The notes: a model not told the origin generated them from the letters alone. A stretch of DNA of 64,000 nucleotides from Dehalococcoidia bacterium (GCA_030615625.1 JAUWYX010000002.1:185918-249917); one strand, 5' to 3'. Shown: positions 35,855-45,159, counted from the stretch's first letter. A program made the numbers and translations.

Positions 35855-36740
35855 TATTTTTCCCTTCTATATTCATTTGTAGGGGCGGGGCTTGTCCCCG
35901 CCCGCTTTTTGTCATTGTGAGCACCTGAAAGGTGCGTGGCAATCTCCGGGGATTGCTTCGGCACTATCGTGCCTCGCGAGGGACGGGATTCCTTCACACC
36001 TCGAAGGGAGACCCCACCCCGCCAGGCGGGGATGAACCCCGCCACTACACCCCCGACCGTAGGGGCGGGTCTTGTACCCGCCCACATTGTCCCCGCCTAT
36101 AAAGCTGAGATAAACTCCGCCACTACATCAATTTGTACCAGCACCCCACCCATAAGGCGAGGATAAACCTCGCCACTACATAATTATCTATTTGTTTGTT
36201 TAACGTTGTAGGGGCGGGTCTTGTACCCGCCCGCTTTTTGTCATTGTGAGCTCCTGAAAGGTTCGTGGCAATCTGCGTGGATTGCTTCGGCACTACCGGG
36301 CCCCGCGGGGGACGGGATCCCTTCACACCTCGAAGGGAGACCACACCCCGCCAGGCGGGGATAAACCCCGCCACTACACTCATTTGTAGGGGCGGGTCTT
36401 GTACCCGCCCACATTGTCCCCACCCATGAGGCGGGGATGAACTCCGCCACTACACTCATTTGTAGGGGCGGGTCTTGTACCCACCCACATTGTCCCCACC
36501 CATGAGGCGGGGATAAACCCCGCCACTACACTCATTTGTAGGGGCGGGCCTTGTACCCACCCTAATTTTGAATCCCAAACAATGTCAAATCAAGCCCAAA
36601 ACCCTAAGCAATGCCAAATGACAAAGTTCAAAACTCAAATAAGAAGAAAGGGCAGTTTTGGCATTTAAGCATACGGATTTCAATTGTTATTTGAATTTTG
36701 ACATTTGAGTTTTGTAGTGGCGGGGATGAATTCCACCACT
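35855..36740. repeat. Largest repeat cluster: duplicated ~175-bp composite units plus 75-bp tandem units
   Basis: Composite units at about 35873-36050 and about 36203-36380. The 75-bp unit CTCATTTGTAGGGGCGGGTCTTGTACCCGCCCACATTGTCCCCACCCATGAGGCGGGGATGAACTCCGCCACTACA occurs at 36381-36455 and 36456-30, with a partial copy at 36531-36565. An AT-rich palindromic unit spans 36565-36720. Confidence 0.85.
35883..35910 (+). terminator. Intrinsic terminator after livM formed by a repeat unit
   Basis: GGGCGGGG-CTTGT-CCCCGCCC is followed by GCTTTTT. Confidence 0.6.
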
Positions 36741-36799
36741 ACACCAGCAAGGCCTTCTGGAAACCTCGTAAACTCGATTTATAAATCTGCGGAGTGCTA

Positions 36800-37549
36800 T
36801 TACAAGCCCAGGTATGTCTTCCTGATAGTCTCGTCCTTGAGCAATTCTTCGGCTGTTCCCTGGGCGATGATGTGTCCCCTCGACATGACATAGTTCCTCT
36901 TGGAGAGGGCGAAGGCAAAACTGATATCCTGCTCAGCCAGGAGTATAGTGACTCCCAGCTCCTTGTAAATCTCCTCCACGCGCTTGAACAGGTCATCTTT
37001 TATCTTTGGGGCCAGTCCGCTTGACGGCTCATCGACTAACATCAATTTAGGACGGCGCATCAGTGAGCGGCCAACAGCCAGCATCTGTCGTTCCCCACCC
37101 GATAAAGTCCCGGATAGCTGTTTTTCCCTTTCCTTCAGCCTGGGAAACAGCTCATAAACTCTGGCCAGGCTCTCGCCGACTTCTTTCCTGTCCTTGCACA
37201 GGTAGGCTCCGGCGAGGAGATTCTCCTTCACCGTCAGCTCAGCAAAAGGTCGGCCCATTTGCGGGCAGAGCTGGAGACCCTTCCTGGCGATTTCAAATGC
37301 CGATAGCTTGTTAATCTTCTCCCCTTCAAACTCTATGCTGCCTTCAAAGGTTACATCTTGCATCCTGGTGCCTCTGAGAACTTCCCTGTCCCAGTTTATC
37401 AAACCAGCGATAGCGCGGAGGAGAGTAGTCTTGCCGGCACCATTAGGACCGACGAGCCCGACCAGCTCCCCTTTCTCCACCGTCAGGCTGGCTTCATCCA
37501 GGATGGTCGCTGTATCGTAGCGGACAGTTACATTTTTTACCTCAAGCAA
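36800..37549 (-). CDS. livF: Branched-chain amino acid ABC transporter ATP-binding protein LivF-like
   Basis: Walker A GPNGAGKTT, signature LSGGERQMLAVGRSL, Walker B LMLVDEPS. The probable start is TTG at 37549, 6 nt after AAGGAGG. Confidence 0.8.
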   Translation of the reverse strand: MLEVKNVTVRYDTATILDEASLTVEKGELVGLVGPNGAGKTTLLRAIAGLINWDREVLRGTRMQDVTFEGSIEFEGEKINKLSAFEIARKGLQLCPQMGRPFAELTVKENLLAGAYLCKDRKEVGESLARVYELFPRLKEREKQLSGTLSGGERQMLAVGRSLMRRPKLMLVDEPSSGLAPKIKDDLFKRVEEIYKELGVTILLAEQDISFAFALSKRNYVMSRGHIIAQGTAEELLKDETIRKTYLGL

Positions 37550-38312
37550 TGAGCACCTCCTTGCCGGTATAAGCTTCAATCACGGTGGGATTTTTGACTA
37601 CTTCTTCTGGGGTACCCTGAGCGATGATTTCTCCGTAATTGATGACAATCACCCGGTCAACTATTTTCATAAGCTCCATTAGCTTGTGTTCAATTATCAG
37701 CATAGCCGGTCCTTCGCTATGAAGCCTGCCGAACCGCCCTCCTTTGTGCAATCTTTTCATGGATTTAGCGACAAGCTCTGTTTCGGCAGGATTAAGTCCC
37801 CCGAAGGGCTCATCGAGGATAAGGAGTTCGGGCTCGGTAGCAATGGCCCTGGCTACCTCCAGTCGTTTCAAGTCTCCATGAGACAAGACGGAGGCTGGCT
37901 CACGAGCCCGATCGGCAATGCCCACGAACTCCAGCGCGTCCCGTGCTTTCACCACGGTGGTCTTGGTCCATTCACCTCTCTTGGTTATCCGCGGGCAGAG
38001 GCAACCGACCATGACATTGGCGATAACAGGGAGGCGGCGGAATGGCTTAACTACCTGGAAAGTCCCTACGAGCCCTCTCTGGACAATTTTCCAGGGACGC
38101 CATCCGGTTATATCCTCGCCCTTAAACCGGACTTTTCCGGACTCGGGCTTAAATATGCCGATTACGCACCGCACCAGTGTGGTCTTCCCGGAACCATTAG
38201 GCCCAATCAGGCCCACGATTTCGTCCCTGCCTATTTGGAAGCTAACATTGTTGACGGCGACCAGTCCGCCGAAACGCTTGGTCAAGTTTTCTACTTCGAA
38301 AAATGGCGCCAT
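37542..38312 (-). CDS. livG: Branched-chain amino acid ABC transporter ATP-binding protein LivG-like
   Basis: Walker A GPNGSGKTT, LSHGDLKRLEVARAI and LLILDEPFGG. Confidence 0.85.
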   Translation of the reverse strand: MAPFFEVENLTKRFGGLVAVNNVSFQIGRDEIVGLIGPNGSGKTTLVRCVIGIFKPESGKVRFKGEDITGWRPWKIVQRGLVGTFQVVKPFRRLPVIANVMVGCLCPRITKRGEWTKTTVVKARDALEFVGIADRAREPASVLSHGDLKRLEVARAIATEPELLILDEPFGGLNPAETELVAKSMKRLHKGGRFGRLHSEGPAMLIIEHKLMELMKIVDRVIVINYGEIIAQGTPEEVVKNPTVIEAYTGKEVLIA

Positions 38313-38313
38313 T

Positions 38314-40029
38314 CTATAACTCCTCCTCTCTCAGTTCGCGGCGTGATACCTTGCCGATGTCCGTCTTGGGCACCTCGCCCCTGAACTCGATTATCTTGGG
38401 TACCATATAGCCAGCAAGCTTTCCAGTGCAATACTTCGTAATATCTTCTTCCGACACTTTCCCTCTGGCTTCCGACTCAAGAACGACGATGGCTTTAACT
38501 CTCTCACCAACCTCGGGGTCGGGGACGCCGATGACGCCGGCTTCCCTGATCTGAGGATGAGAAGTAAGTACTTCCTCTACCTCTCTGGCAAATACTTGCA
38601 GACCTTTGTATTTAATCATGTCTTTCTTCCTATCGAAGAAGTAGAAATAGCCCTCTTCATCCATTCTTGCCAGGTCCCCAGTGCGCAGCCAGGTTTCACC
38701 GTCGATTTCCAAAAGCACTTCCTTGGTTTCTTCCGGTTTCTCCCAGTATCCCGGGAAGACATTGGGTCCTTTGAATACCAATTCGCCTGTTTCCCCAACG
38801 GGAAGGAACTTGGTGCCTTCCGGCTCCATTATGCCCGCCACACAACCAGGCATAGGTACACCGAAGGAACCGATTTTCGCCCTGCCGTAGGGATTGACCA
38901 TACCGGTCGAGGTCGTCTCGGTCATTCCCCAGCCCTCGTGGATTCTAGCGCCGGTCCGCTTTTCCCAGCCCCGGGCAGTGTCCTCGAGAAGGGCATCAGC
39001 ACCGGAGATAAGGACTTTTATTTTCTTCCAATTTACTCTGGTAGTCTTTTCATAGTCCTTGAGATATTCATACAGGGCGGGAACGCTGTAGAAGATAGTT
39101 CCTTTGTAATTTTCTAGTGCGCCCAGAATGTCATCAGGGTCAGGAGTGGTGATTAGTATTGAAGTGTAGCCCTCGGTCATTCCTCCCATCATGACCACTG
39201 CTTGACCATAGATGTGATAGAAAGGCAAATAGGCTATTACGGTTTCCTTCCCTTCCTGTACGATATCACCCCAGAATCCATCGGCGATCTCTCGGGCAGC
39301 GGCGAAATTGTAATGAGTTATCACAGCACCTTTGGGCTTCCCGGTTGTCCCTCCAGTGTAGGGAAGAGTTACTATGTCCTCTCTAATATTGAACTCGATT
39401 TTGGGCGGATTCGGGGGATATTTCTTAATCAAATCCTGGAATCGATAAAATCCCTCTCTTTCAAACAGTTCAACAGGCGGGGCGGCCATTTTCTGATATA
39501 CAGCCCGGAGCACACTGCTGCCCAGAAACTTCTTCATTCCCGGCAGGTATTCGCTGATGCTGGTCAGGATAACAGCATCCAGCTTGACTCCGCTTTTTTC
39601 CACGTTATCATAAAGAATATCCAGGCAAACAATCATTCTCGCCCCGCTGTCTTCAAGCTGATACTTGATTTCGGAGCTGACATAAACAGGGCTGATTGCC
39701 GTCAAGGTAGCTCCGGCTTTCAGGGCTCCCATATAAGCTATGATGAACTGAGGCGAATTAAGCAGCAGGAGGGCAATCTTGTCTCCTTTCTTGACCCCCA
39801 AATCATGTAGCGCCGTAGCAAACCTGTCAACCTGGTCTCTGAGCTCTCGGTAGCTTACCTTTCTACCATAGAATACTACAGCGGTCTTGTCTTTCCATTT
39901 TTCCGTATTCTCATTAAAGGTGTCCACCACGGACTTTTCCTCGACTGTAATATCTGGCGACACCCCCGGCAGATACCATTTTATCCACGGCCTGGCTTCA
40001 TATTGGGCTTTGTTATCGTCCTGTGTCAT
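38314..40029 (-). CDS. AMP-dependent acyl-CoA synthetase/ligase (long-chain fatty acid--CoA ligase-like)
   Basis: LPYTGGTTGKPKG AMP-binding motif, GWGMTE and TGDLARMDEEGYFYFFDRKKDMIK. Confidence 0.85.
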   Translation of the reverse strand: MTQDDNKAQYEARPWIKWYLPGVSPDITVEEKSVVDTFNENTEKWKDKTAVVFYGRKVSYRELRDQVDRFATALHDLGVKKGDKIALLLLNSPQFIIAYMGALKAGATLTAISPVYVSSEIKYQLEDSGARMIVCLDILYDNVEKSGVKLDAVILTSISEYLPGMKKFLGSSVLRAVYQKMAAPPVELFEREGFYRFQDLIKKYPPNPPKIEFNIREDIVTLPYTGGTTGKPKGAVITHYNFAAAREIADGFWGDIVQEGKETVIAYLPFYHIYGQAVVMMGGMTEGYTSILITTPDPDDILGALENYKGTIFYSVPALYEYLKDYEKTTRVNWKKIKVLISGADALLEDTARGWEKRTGARIHEGWGMTETTSTGMVNPYGRAKIGSFGVPMPGCVAGIMEPEGTKFLPVGETGELVFKGPNVFPGYWEKPEETKEVLLEIDGETWLRTGDLARMDEEGYFYFFDRKKDMIKYKGLQVFAREVEEVLTSHPQIREAGVIGVPDPEVGERVKAIVVLESEARGKVSEEDITKYCTGKLAGYMVPKIIEFRGEVPKTDIGKVSRRELREEEL

Positions 40030-40149
40030 TTCTTACCTCCATTTTGTTACAGACACTGTTTGTAGTTAAGCTTGTAGTTAAGCGCAAAACGTAATAATCC
40101 AGCGCTTCCAAAACTCAAACCCATCTTAGCCATATTTTATCAAACTGTC

Positions 40150-40335
40150 AAGCTTTTTGTCATTGTGAGCCCTTCACTTTTTTGTCATTGCGAGCCCCTT
40201 ATTTTTTGTCATTGCGAGCGAAGCGTGGCAATCTCTGGGATTGCTTCGGCACTATCGTGCCTCGCAACGACAAAAGGAAAATGTCATTCTGAGCCGCAGG
40301 CGGGGATAAACTCCGCCATTACACTCCTTCACCGG
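40150..40335. repeat. Intergenic repeat cluster (tandem TTTTTGTCATTGCGAGCCC units)
   Basis: Three head-to-tail tgtcattg(t/c)gagc units, followed by gaagcgtggcaatctctgggattgcttcggcactatcgtgcctcgcaacgaca. Confidence 0.85.
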
Positions 40336-40364
40336 GTTGATGAAACTCTCGACAAAACCTCGCC

Positions 40365-40393
40365 TTGACAGTAGGGCGAGATTGAGCTAACAT
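40365..40393 (+). promoter_or_regulatory. Sigma70-like promoter for the thiolase gene
   Basis: TTGACA (40365-40370), 17-nt spacer, TAACAT (40388-40393). Confidence 0.45.
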
Positions 40394-40460
40394 AGCGGCG
40401 GCCGCAATTTCAGAAAAGATAGACGAAATTACAAAATTCAAAGATAAGGAGACTAATTAT

Positions 40461-41657
40461 ATGGAAGAAGCTGTAATTGTCAGTTATCTGAGGGCACCCT
40501 TTTCCAGGGCGAGGCCGAGGGAACCAGAGAGGGACGTGTTCAACGGTCTGAGAATGGACGACCTGGCAGCCAGACTGGTCCAGGAAATGCTAAAGCAGAC
40601 CAAGATAAACCCCGAGGAAATCGGCGATGTGCTCACGGGGACGGCGATGCCGGTACTCGAGCAGTGGCTCTATGGGGGAAAGTCTATCAACTTCCTGGCC
40701 AAGCTGCCGTTCAATGTCGCGGCCCAAGGGATTGACCGCCAGTGTGCCTCTTCGATGTCCACGGTGCACCAGGGAGCCATGGAAATCATGCTGGGATACT
40801 CCGATATCGTCATTTCCTGCGGAATCGAACACATGACTCACATCCCGACCCTGGGAGGTGGCGGGCTACAGGTACCGGTGCAACCTAATCCGAGATTGGC
40901 CACCGAAGAGTTCAAAGAAGTGGACATAATGACCACCATGAACATGGGCCTGACTGCGGAGAAGCTACTATCACAGACCACCTTCACCCGGGAGGACATG
41001 GACAAATGGGCGCTGAAAAGTCATCAGATGGCGGCAAAGGCCGTCGAAGAAGGGTATTTCAAGGGGGAGATACTGCCGATTGAGGCGGTGCAGGCGGACG
41101 GGACGAAGAGAGTCATTGACCATGACGTAAGCATCAGGGGTGATACTTCGATGGAGGCTCTCGCCCAGTTGAAGCCTTCCTTCAAGCCAGACGGGCAAAT
41201 AACGCCAGGCAACTCCTCACCGCTCAACGCCGGGGCCAGTGCCCTAATGCTGATGTCGAAGAAAAAAGCACAGAAGTGCAACCTCAAGCCCCTGGCCAAG
41301 GTCATATCCATGGGGTGGGCTGGCGTTGACCCGACAATGATGGGGAAAGGCCCGGTCCCGGCTAGCCGCATGGCTCTGGAACATGCTGGCCTTGAAGCGA
41401 AGGACATCGATTTCTGGGAGATCAACGAGGCCTTCGTCATCGTGGCGCTCTATACCATGAGAGAACTGGGTATCGACCCCGAGAAAGTCAACGTCAAGGG
41501 TGGCGCTACTGCCATCGGACACCCGTTGGGAGCCACCGGCACCAGGCTGGTCGGCACCCTCGCCAGAATACTCAACGTCGAAGGAGGGAAATACGGCCTG
41601 GCCACCGCCTGCATTGGTGGCGGTCAAGGCGCTTCCACCATACTGGAGCGGGAATAA
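40461..41657 (+). CDS. Acetyl-CoA C-acetyltransferase / thiolase
   Basis: The IDRQCASSMS active-site Cys region, NEAF and a C-terminal CIGGGQG. Confidence 0.85.
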   Translation: MEEAVIVSYLRAPFSRARPREPERDVFNGLRMDDLAARLVQEMLKQTKINPEEIGDVLTGTAMPVLEQWLYGGKSINFLAKLPFNVAAQGIDRQCASSMSTVHQGAMEIMLGYSDIVISCGIEHMTHIPTLGGGGLQVPVQPNPRLATEEFKEVDIMTTMNMGLTAEKLLSQTTFTREDMDKWALKSHQMAAKAVEEGYFKGEILPIEAVQADGTKRVIDHDVSIRGDTSMEALAQLKPSFKPDGQITPGNSSPLNAGASALMLMSKKKAQKCNLKPLAKVISMGWAGVDPTMMGKGPVPASRMALEHAGLEAKDIDFWEINEAFVIVALYTMRELGIDPEKVNVKGGATAIGHPLGATGTRLVGTLARILNVEGGKYGLATACIGGGQGASTILERE

Positions 41658-41659
41658 AA

Positions 41660-42130
41660 GAGGGCAACTCTATTTCTCTCTTCTACATTGATTTGCAGGG
41701 GCGGGGCTTGTCCCCGCTCTCTCTTTTTGTCAGCCAGCCCTTCCTTTTTCGTCATTGCGAGCCCTTCACTTTCTTGTCATTGCCAGCCCTTTACTTTCTC
41801 GTCATTGCGAGCGAAGCGTGGCAATCCCATTGGCTAAATTCTAAATCCCAACAAAGTCAAATATTAAAATGGAAAAGGCAAAATGACAGAGCAAAAATTT
41901 AAAATAGCTAACTGAGAACACCTGGACCTTTAGTTTTGAACTTTGATTTGTAATTTTGAGTTTTTACCTTTGAATTTTAATATTGTCCCGGCTTTGCCGA
42001 GGATGCCCGATGAAATCGGCAAATTGTCATTTGGATTTTGACATTTGAGTCTGTTCATGGTTCCTGTCGTGCCAGGGATTGCCTCGGCTGACTTCGTCAG
42101 CCTCGCAAAGACAGAAGGGGTACCATTGCC
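41660..42130. repeat. Intergenic repeat mosaic
   Basis: tcgtcattgcgagccc units, gaagcgtggcaatccc, an AT-rich palindromic block at 41830-42060, and gattgcctcggctgacttcgtcagcctcgcaaagaca. Confidence 0.8.
41698..41729 (+). terminator. Possible intrinsic terminator after the thiolase gene (repeat-derived)
   Basis: GCGGGG-CTTGT-CCCCGC is followed by TCTCTCTTTTTGT. The preceding ~40 nt are homologous to 35850-35880. Confidence 0.45.
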
Positions 42131-42205
42131 AGCTCTTCTCCACATTTTTTGAACACCCTCAATATGGTAGAATAATCCCCACAACTCAGATTTAGTGCGG
42201 GAGAG

Positions 42206-42304
42206 ATGAACAAGAAGAAGAAAGTGGCTGCCCTGAAGCATCGGCGGCGCCAAAAGAAGCTCGAGGAAAAGAGAAAAACCCAGGCTCCACCGAAGGAACA
42301 ATGA
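42206..42304 (+). CDS. Unlisted 32-aa highly basic micro-ORF, ATGA-coupled to the NTPase gene
   Basis: MNKKKKVAALKHRRRQKKLEEKRKTQAPPKEQ. Its TGA overlaps the ATG at 42301. Confidence 0.3.
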   Translation: MNKKKKVAALKHRRRQKKLEEKRKTQAPPKEQ

Positions 42305-42825
42305 AAAGGGTCCTCCTGTTGACTGGCAAGCCAGGCACAGGTAAAACTGCTCTCATCAAAGAAGCCCTGGCCAGGACCAAAGTCAAGGGGGGCGGCTTCT
42401 ATACTGAGGAGATACGGACTGGGGGAATAAGGCAGGGGTTCAGGATTGTTACCCTCGACGGTCGGGAGGCGATATTAGCCCATGTCGGCATCTCCAGCCC
42501 CTACCAGGTAAGCAAATACAGGGTGGACACGGATAGCCTGAACAGAGTTGGAGTTTCTGTTCTGCGCCAGGCGCTGAAAGAAACCGATTTGATAGTCATT
42601 GATGAGATTGGCAAGATGGAGCTCTTGTCGCCCCAGTTCAAGGAAGCCGTGACGCAAGCAATAAACAGTGGCAAAAAAGTTTTGGGCACTATTATGCTCA
42701 ACCCCCATCCCTTCGCCGACGAAATCAAACGCCGTCCTGAAGTCGAAACGCTCCTGGTAACCAGAGATAACCGCACTGAGGTAATGAAGAAAGTCCTAGA
42801 CTGGCTAACGGCAGAGGTGAACTGA
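42301..42825 (+). CDS. Nucleoside-triphosphatase, COG1618/THEP1-like
   Basis: 174 aa with P-loop GKPGTGKT and Walker B-like LIVIDEIGKME. Confidence 0.7.
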   Translation: MKRVLLLTGKPGTGKTALIKEALARTKVKGGGFYTEEIRTGGIRQGFRIVTLDGREAILAHVGISSPYQVSKYRVDTDSLNRVGVSVLRQALKETDLIVIDEIGKMELLSPQFKEAVTQAINSGKKVLGTIMLNPHPFADEIKRRPEVETLLVTRDNRTEVMKKVLDWLTAEVN

Positions 42826-42828
42826 AGC
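42716..42828 (+). repeat. 113-bp direct repeat, copy 1 (authentic 3' end of the NTPase gene)
   Basis: Identical at all 113 positions to 43644-43756, by direct reading. Confidence 0.9.
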
Positions 42829-42964
42829 TCTCGCTCTCTGCCGCTGAACACTACGCTATCTTGTTGGATAGCCTTCTATTAAAACGATACTTAATCATTG
42901 CGTGTATCAACGAATTTCCATACATACAAGTGAGATTTGATAAGAAAAGTTAAGATAATGTATC

Positions 42965-42994
42965 TTGACCGCTATAGATGCAGAGATATACAAT
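42965..42994 (+). promoter_or_regulatory. Promoter-like element inside the 815-bp insert
   Basis: TTGACC (42965-42970), 18-nt spacer, TACAAT (42989-42994). Confidence 0.35.
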
Positions 42995-43135
42995 GAAATG
43001 CTCGCCAAGGATTTTCGGACCTCTTAGCGACAAATACTGATAAGCCTTTAACAACATAATATTGTTCCGATGACATAGAGGGCACTAAACTGCCACCTGT
43101 ATATGGTCACTTGGGTGGCGGGGAGCCAATAGTGA

Positions 43136-43166
43136 AACCGACCTAGAAATGGTCGGTTTTTGTTTT
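43136..43166 (+). terminator. Intrinsic terminator 25 nt upstream of the DUF5658-like ORF
   Basis: AACCGACC-TAGAAAT-GGTCGGTT is followed by TTTTTGTTTT. Confidence 0.7.
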
Positions 43167-43190
43167 GAAGGGGGGTGATAACTTCCGCAC

Positions 43191-43541
43191 ATGAAAGTAT
43201 TGAAAGTTCCCAAGTTCCTTCATATTGAAAGCCGGACCGTTAGGTATACTCTCTGCGTCCTATTTGGCATAATAGTCGCAGACGGCCTGATAAGCCAGTT
43301 TCTGGTGACAGGTGGATACGGGTCAGAAGCGAACCCTTTGCTGATGTCTTGGGTAGGCGGGGAGTCGTTTCTAGCTATAAAGATATCAGGTGCGTTTCTG
43401 GCCACGTTACTTCTATGGATTAAGTATAATGCCAAGCCCAGACTCGTAAATACGGTCGCAGTGGTAGCTCTGGGATTTTACACAGCCATTGTTTACTGGA
43501 ACTTGTTTGTATTTCTTTTTACTGCTTACCAACCTATCTGA
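43191..43541 (+). CDS. Small polytopic membrane protein, DUF5658-like
   Basis: 116 aa with 4 hydrophobic segments and the motif GSEANPLL. Confidence 0.5.
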   Translation: MKVLKVPKFLHIESRTVRYTLCVLFGIIVADGLISQFLVTGGYGSEANPLLMSWVGGESFLAIKISGAFLATLLLWIKYNAKPRLVNTVAVVALGFYTAIVYWNLFVFLFTAYQPI

Positions 43542-43610
43542 ACAAGGGCACCGGGATCACAAAATCGTCAGAAAAGTGCAATCCCCTTTCGAGGATTAAG
43601 CTCTTTCCGG

Positions 43611-43645
43611 TGTAGGCCTGATTGGTATGGTGTCCTTGGAATTCC
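43611..43645 (-). repeat. X repeat copy A (tRNA acceptor-end-like scar)
   Basis: TGTAGGCCTGATTGGTATGGTGTCCTTGGAATTC directly abuts the second 113-bp copy. Confidence 0.7.
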
Positions 43646-43756
43646 GACGAAATCAAACGCCGTCCTGAAGTCGAAACGCTCCTGGTAACCAGAGATAACC
43701 GCACTGAGGTAATGAAGAAAGTCCTAGACTGGCTAACGGCAGAGGTGAACTGAAGC
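43644..43756 (+). repeat. 113-bp direct repeat, copy 2 (orphan duplicate of the NTPase 3' end)
   Basis: Identical to 42716-42828 and followed by CCCTGCTCAGAAAGCAGCCG, the anticodon-arm-like piece of the R2 repeat. Confidence 0.9.
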
Positions 43757-43953
43757 CCCTGCTCAGAAAGCAGCCGTTTTGCCGGGAGCCATGCTTGATG
43801 GTGACGGGCGAGTCCGATGAGTGGACAGATGATGATGAGGGCGCTCTGCACCCGCTCCCTGCCGCTGAACAGTACGCCAGAAAGTGCAGTGGGGCGAGAG
43901 AGTTTTAGTAAGGCGAGTGCCTGGCCCCGACATTATGAAAATGCAGGACGCAG

Positions 43954-45159
43954 CTAATCCGTTGTCTGGCTTGGCTTGTAAACAAAGGAGACCACCAGCA
44001 ACGCGATGCCACCGGCGATAAATCCAATGCCGAGCCATTGAAGTGGAGCCAGAAGATTGACCAGTACCTGCGATGCCCAGACCTGTAGTTGTGGGGGCGC
44101 AGCAAACATTGCTTGCAATATCTGCTCACCGCCAACATTCTTACCAATCAGTGCGACAGCCAGCACAACAAGTCCAGATGCCAGGAACACTATGCCCAGC
44201 GTGCGCGTTGACCCTTTTACATTGCGGTAGATGAGCACAATACCCGCTATAAGCAGCGCGCTGACGACAATACTGAGAATATATGCAAGCCGGACATAGC
44301 CGACATATTCTCTTACCTTGCTGAGGACTGTTTCCACTGTTGATGTAAACGAAGCAATCTGCAAGGGCGCGTCTTCGCCAATCACCGTCTCGTCAATCTG
44401 GAATGGCGTCGGTAGCATTTCCTCGGAGAATTCAGCCCAAAATGCATCAAATGCCTGCTCCAGCTCTTCAGGTGGCAGCCCTTCCAGTTCATCAGGGGGA
44501 AAATCCAAAAAGATTCCTAGCAGCATTCCCCTCAGGCCATCTATCAGGGGTTCGAGGGAGATGGTAATGCTGAAGCTCTCTACTTCTCCCGCCAGATAAT
44601 CTGCTATCGGACCGGCGGCGTATTTTACTTGCTCTTTTATCCACGGTTCCAGGTCTGTCAGCAGTTCCTCAAAGCCGGCAACCAGATGAGGGAATGCTTC
44701 TTTGGGTAATGGAAATTCCTGCAAGATTTCCTCTCCAAATACTTCCCAGATTATCCTGGCCAGCTGCGGACCATCCATTGTATCTATGACAGCGACAATC
44801 GAATCCGAATTGAGGAGAGTGAGCCGCAGTAAATTCGCTAACTCGGGGTTCTCCCGCTCGCCATGCAGATACTCATAAACAGAATAGACTATGGTATTAA
44901 GTTTGCCTTTAAGATGCGGTTCCAGCGCGGTGATTGTTTCTGTCAGGGAGCCAAGGGCTTCTTCCGAAAGTTCCTCTTGCAACATCTGACTCATTGCTTC
45001 GCTAGCAAGCGGGGCTATTTCCAACCTGTCGCCTTCAGCGGTAACAAAATCGGGGTTGAGTGCGGTCCGGTTGAGCGAAAATGCCAGACCAAATGCGATC
45101 AGGGAGATGAAGAGAATAAAACTTAGTATAATCAGTCCCGCTATCTTTAGTCCTCTCAT
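43954..45159 (-). CDS. Hypothetical membrane protein (N-terminal TM, acidic helical ectodomain, C-terminal multi-TM)
   Basis: Start trimmed to MRGLKIAGL (ATG 45159) after AAGGAG. No family was recognised. Confidence 0.5.
   Translation of the reverse strand: MRGLKIAGLIILSFILFISLIAFGLAFSLNRTALNPDFVTAEGDRLEIAPLASEAMSQMLQEELSEEALGSLTETITALEPHLKGKLNTIVYSVYEYLHGERENPELANLLRLTLLNSDSIVAVIDTMDGPQLARIIWEVFGEEILQEFPLPKEAFPHLVAGFEELLTDLEPWIKEQVKYAAGPIADYLAGEVESFSITISLEPLIDGLRGMLLGIFLDFPPDELEGLPPEELEQAFDAFWAEFSEEMLPTPFQIDETVIGEDAPLQIASFTSTVETVLSKVREYVGYVRLAYILSIVVSALLIAGIVLIYRNVKGSTRTLGIVFLASGLVVLAVALIGKNVGGEQILQAMFAAPPQLQVWASQVLVNLLAPLQWLGIGFIAGGIALLVVSFVYKPSQTTD

Noticed and set aside
35855-36740. Possible CRISPR array, suggested by regularly spaced GC-rich palindromes.
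   Set aside because: The inter-palindrome segments are themselves repeated (75-bp and ~175-bp composite units). The same units occur dispersed at many other intergenic sites in both orientations. No cas genes or unique spacers are present.
42501-43851. The minus-strand ORFs 42501..42851 and 43534..43851, which share the peptide LQFTSAVSQSRTFFITSVRLSLVTRSVSTSGRRLISS.
   Set aside because: The shared peptide is simply the antisense translation of the 113-bp direct repeat, the NTPase 3' end and its duplicate. These are not a gene family.
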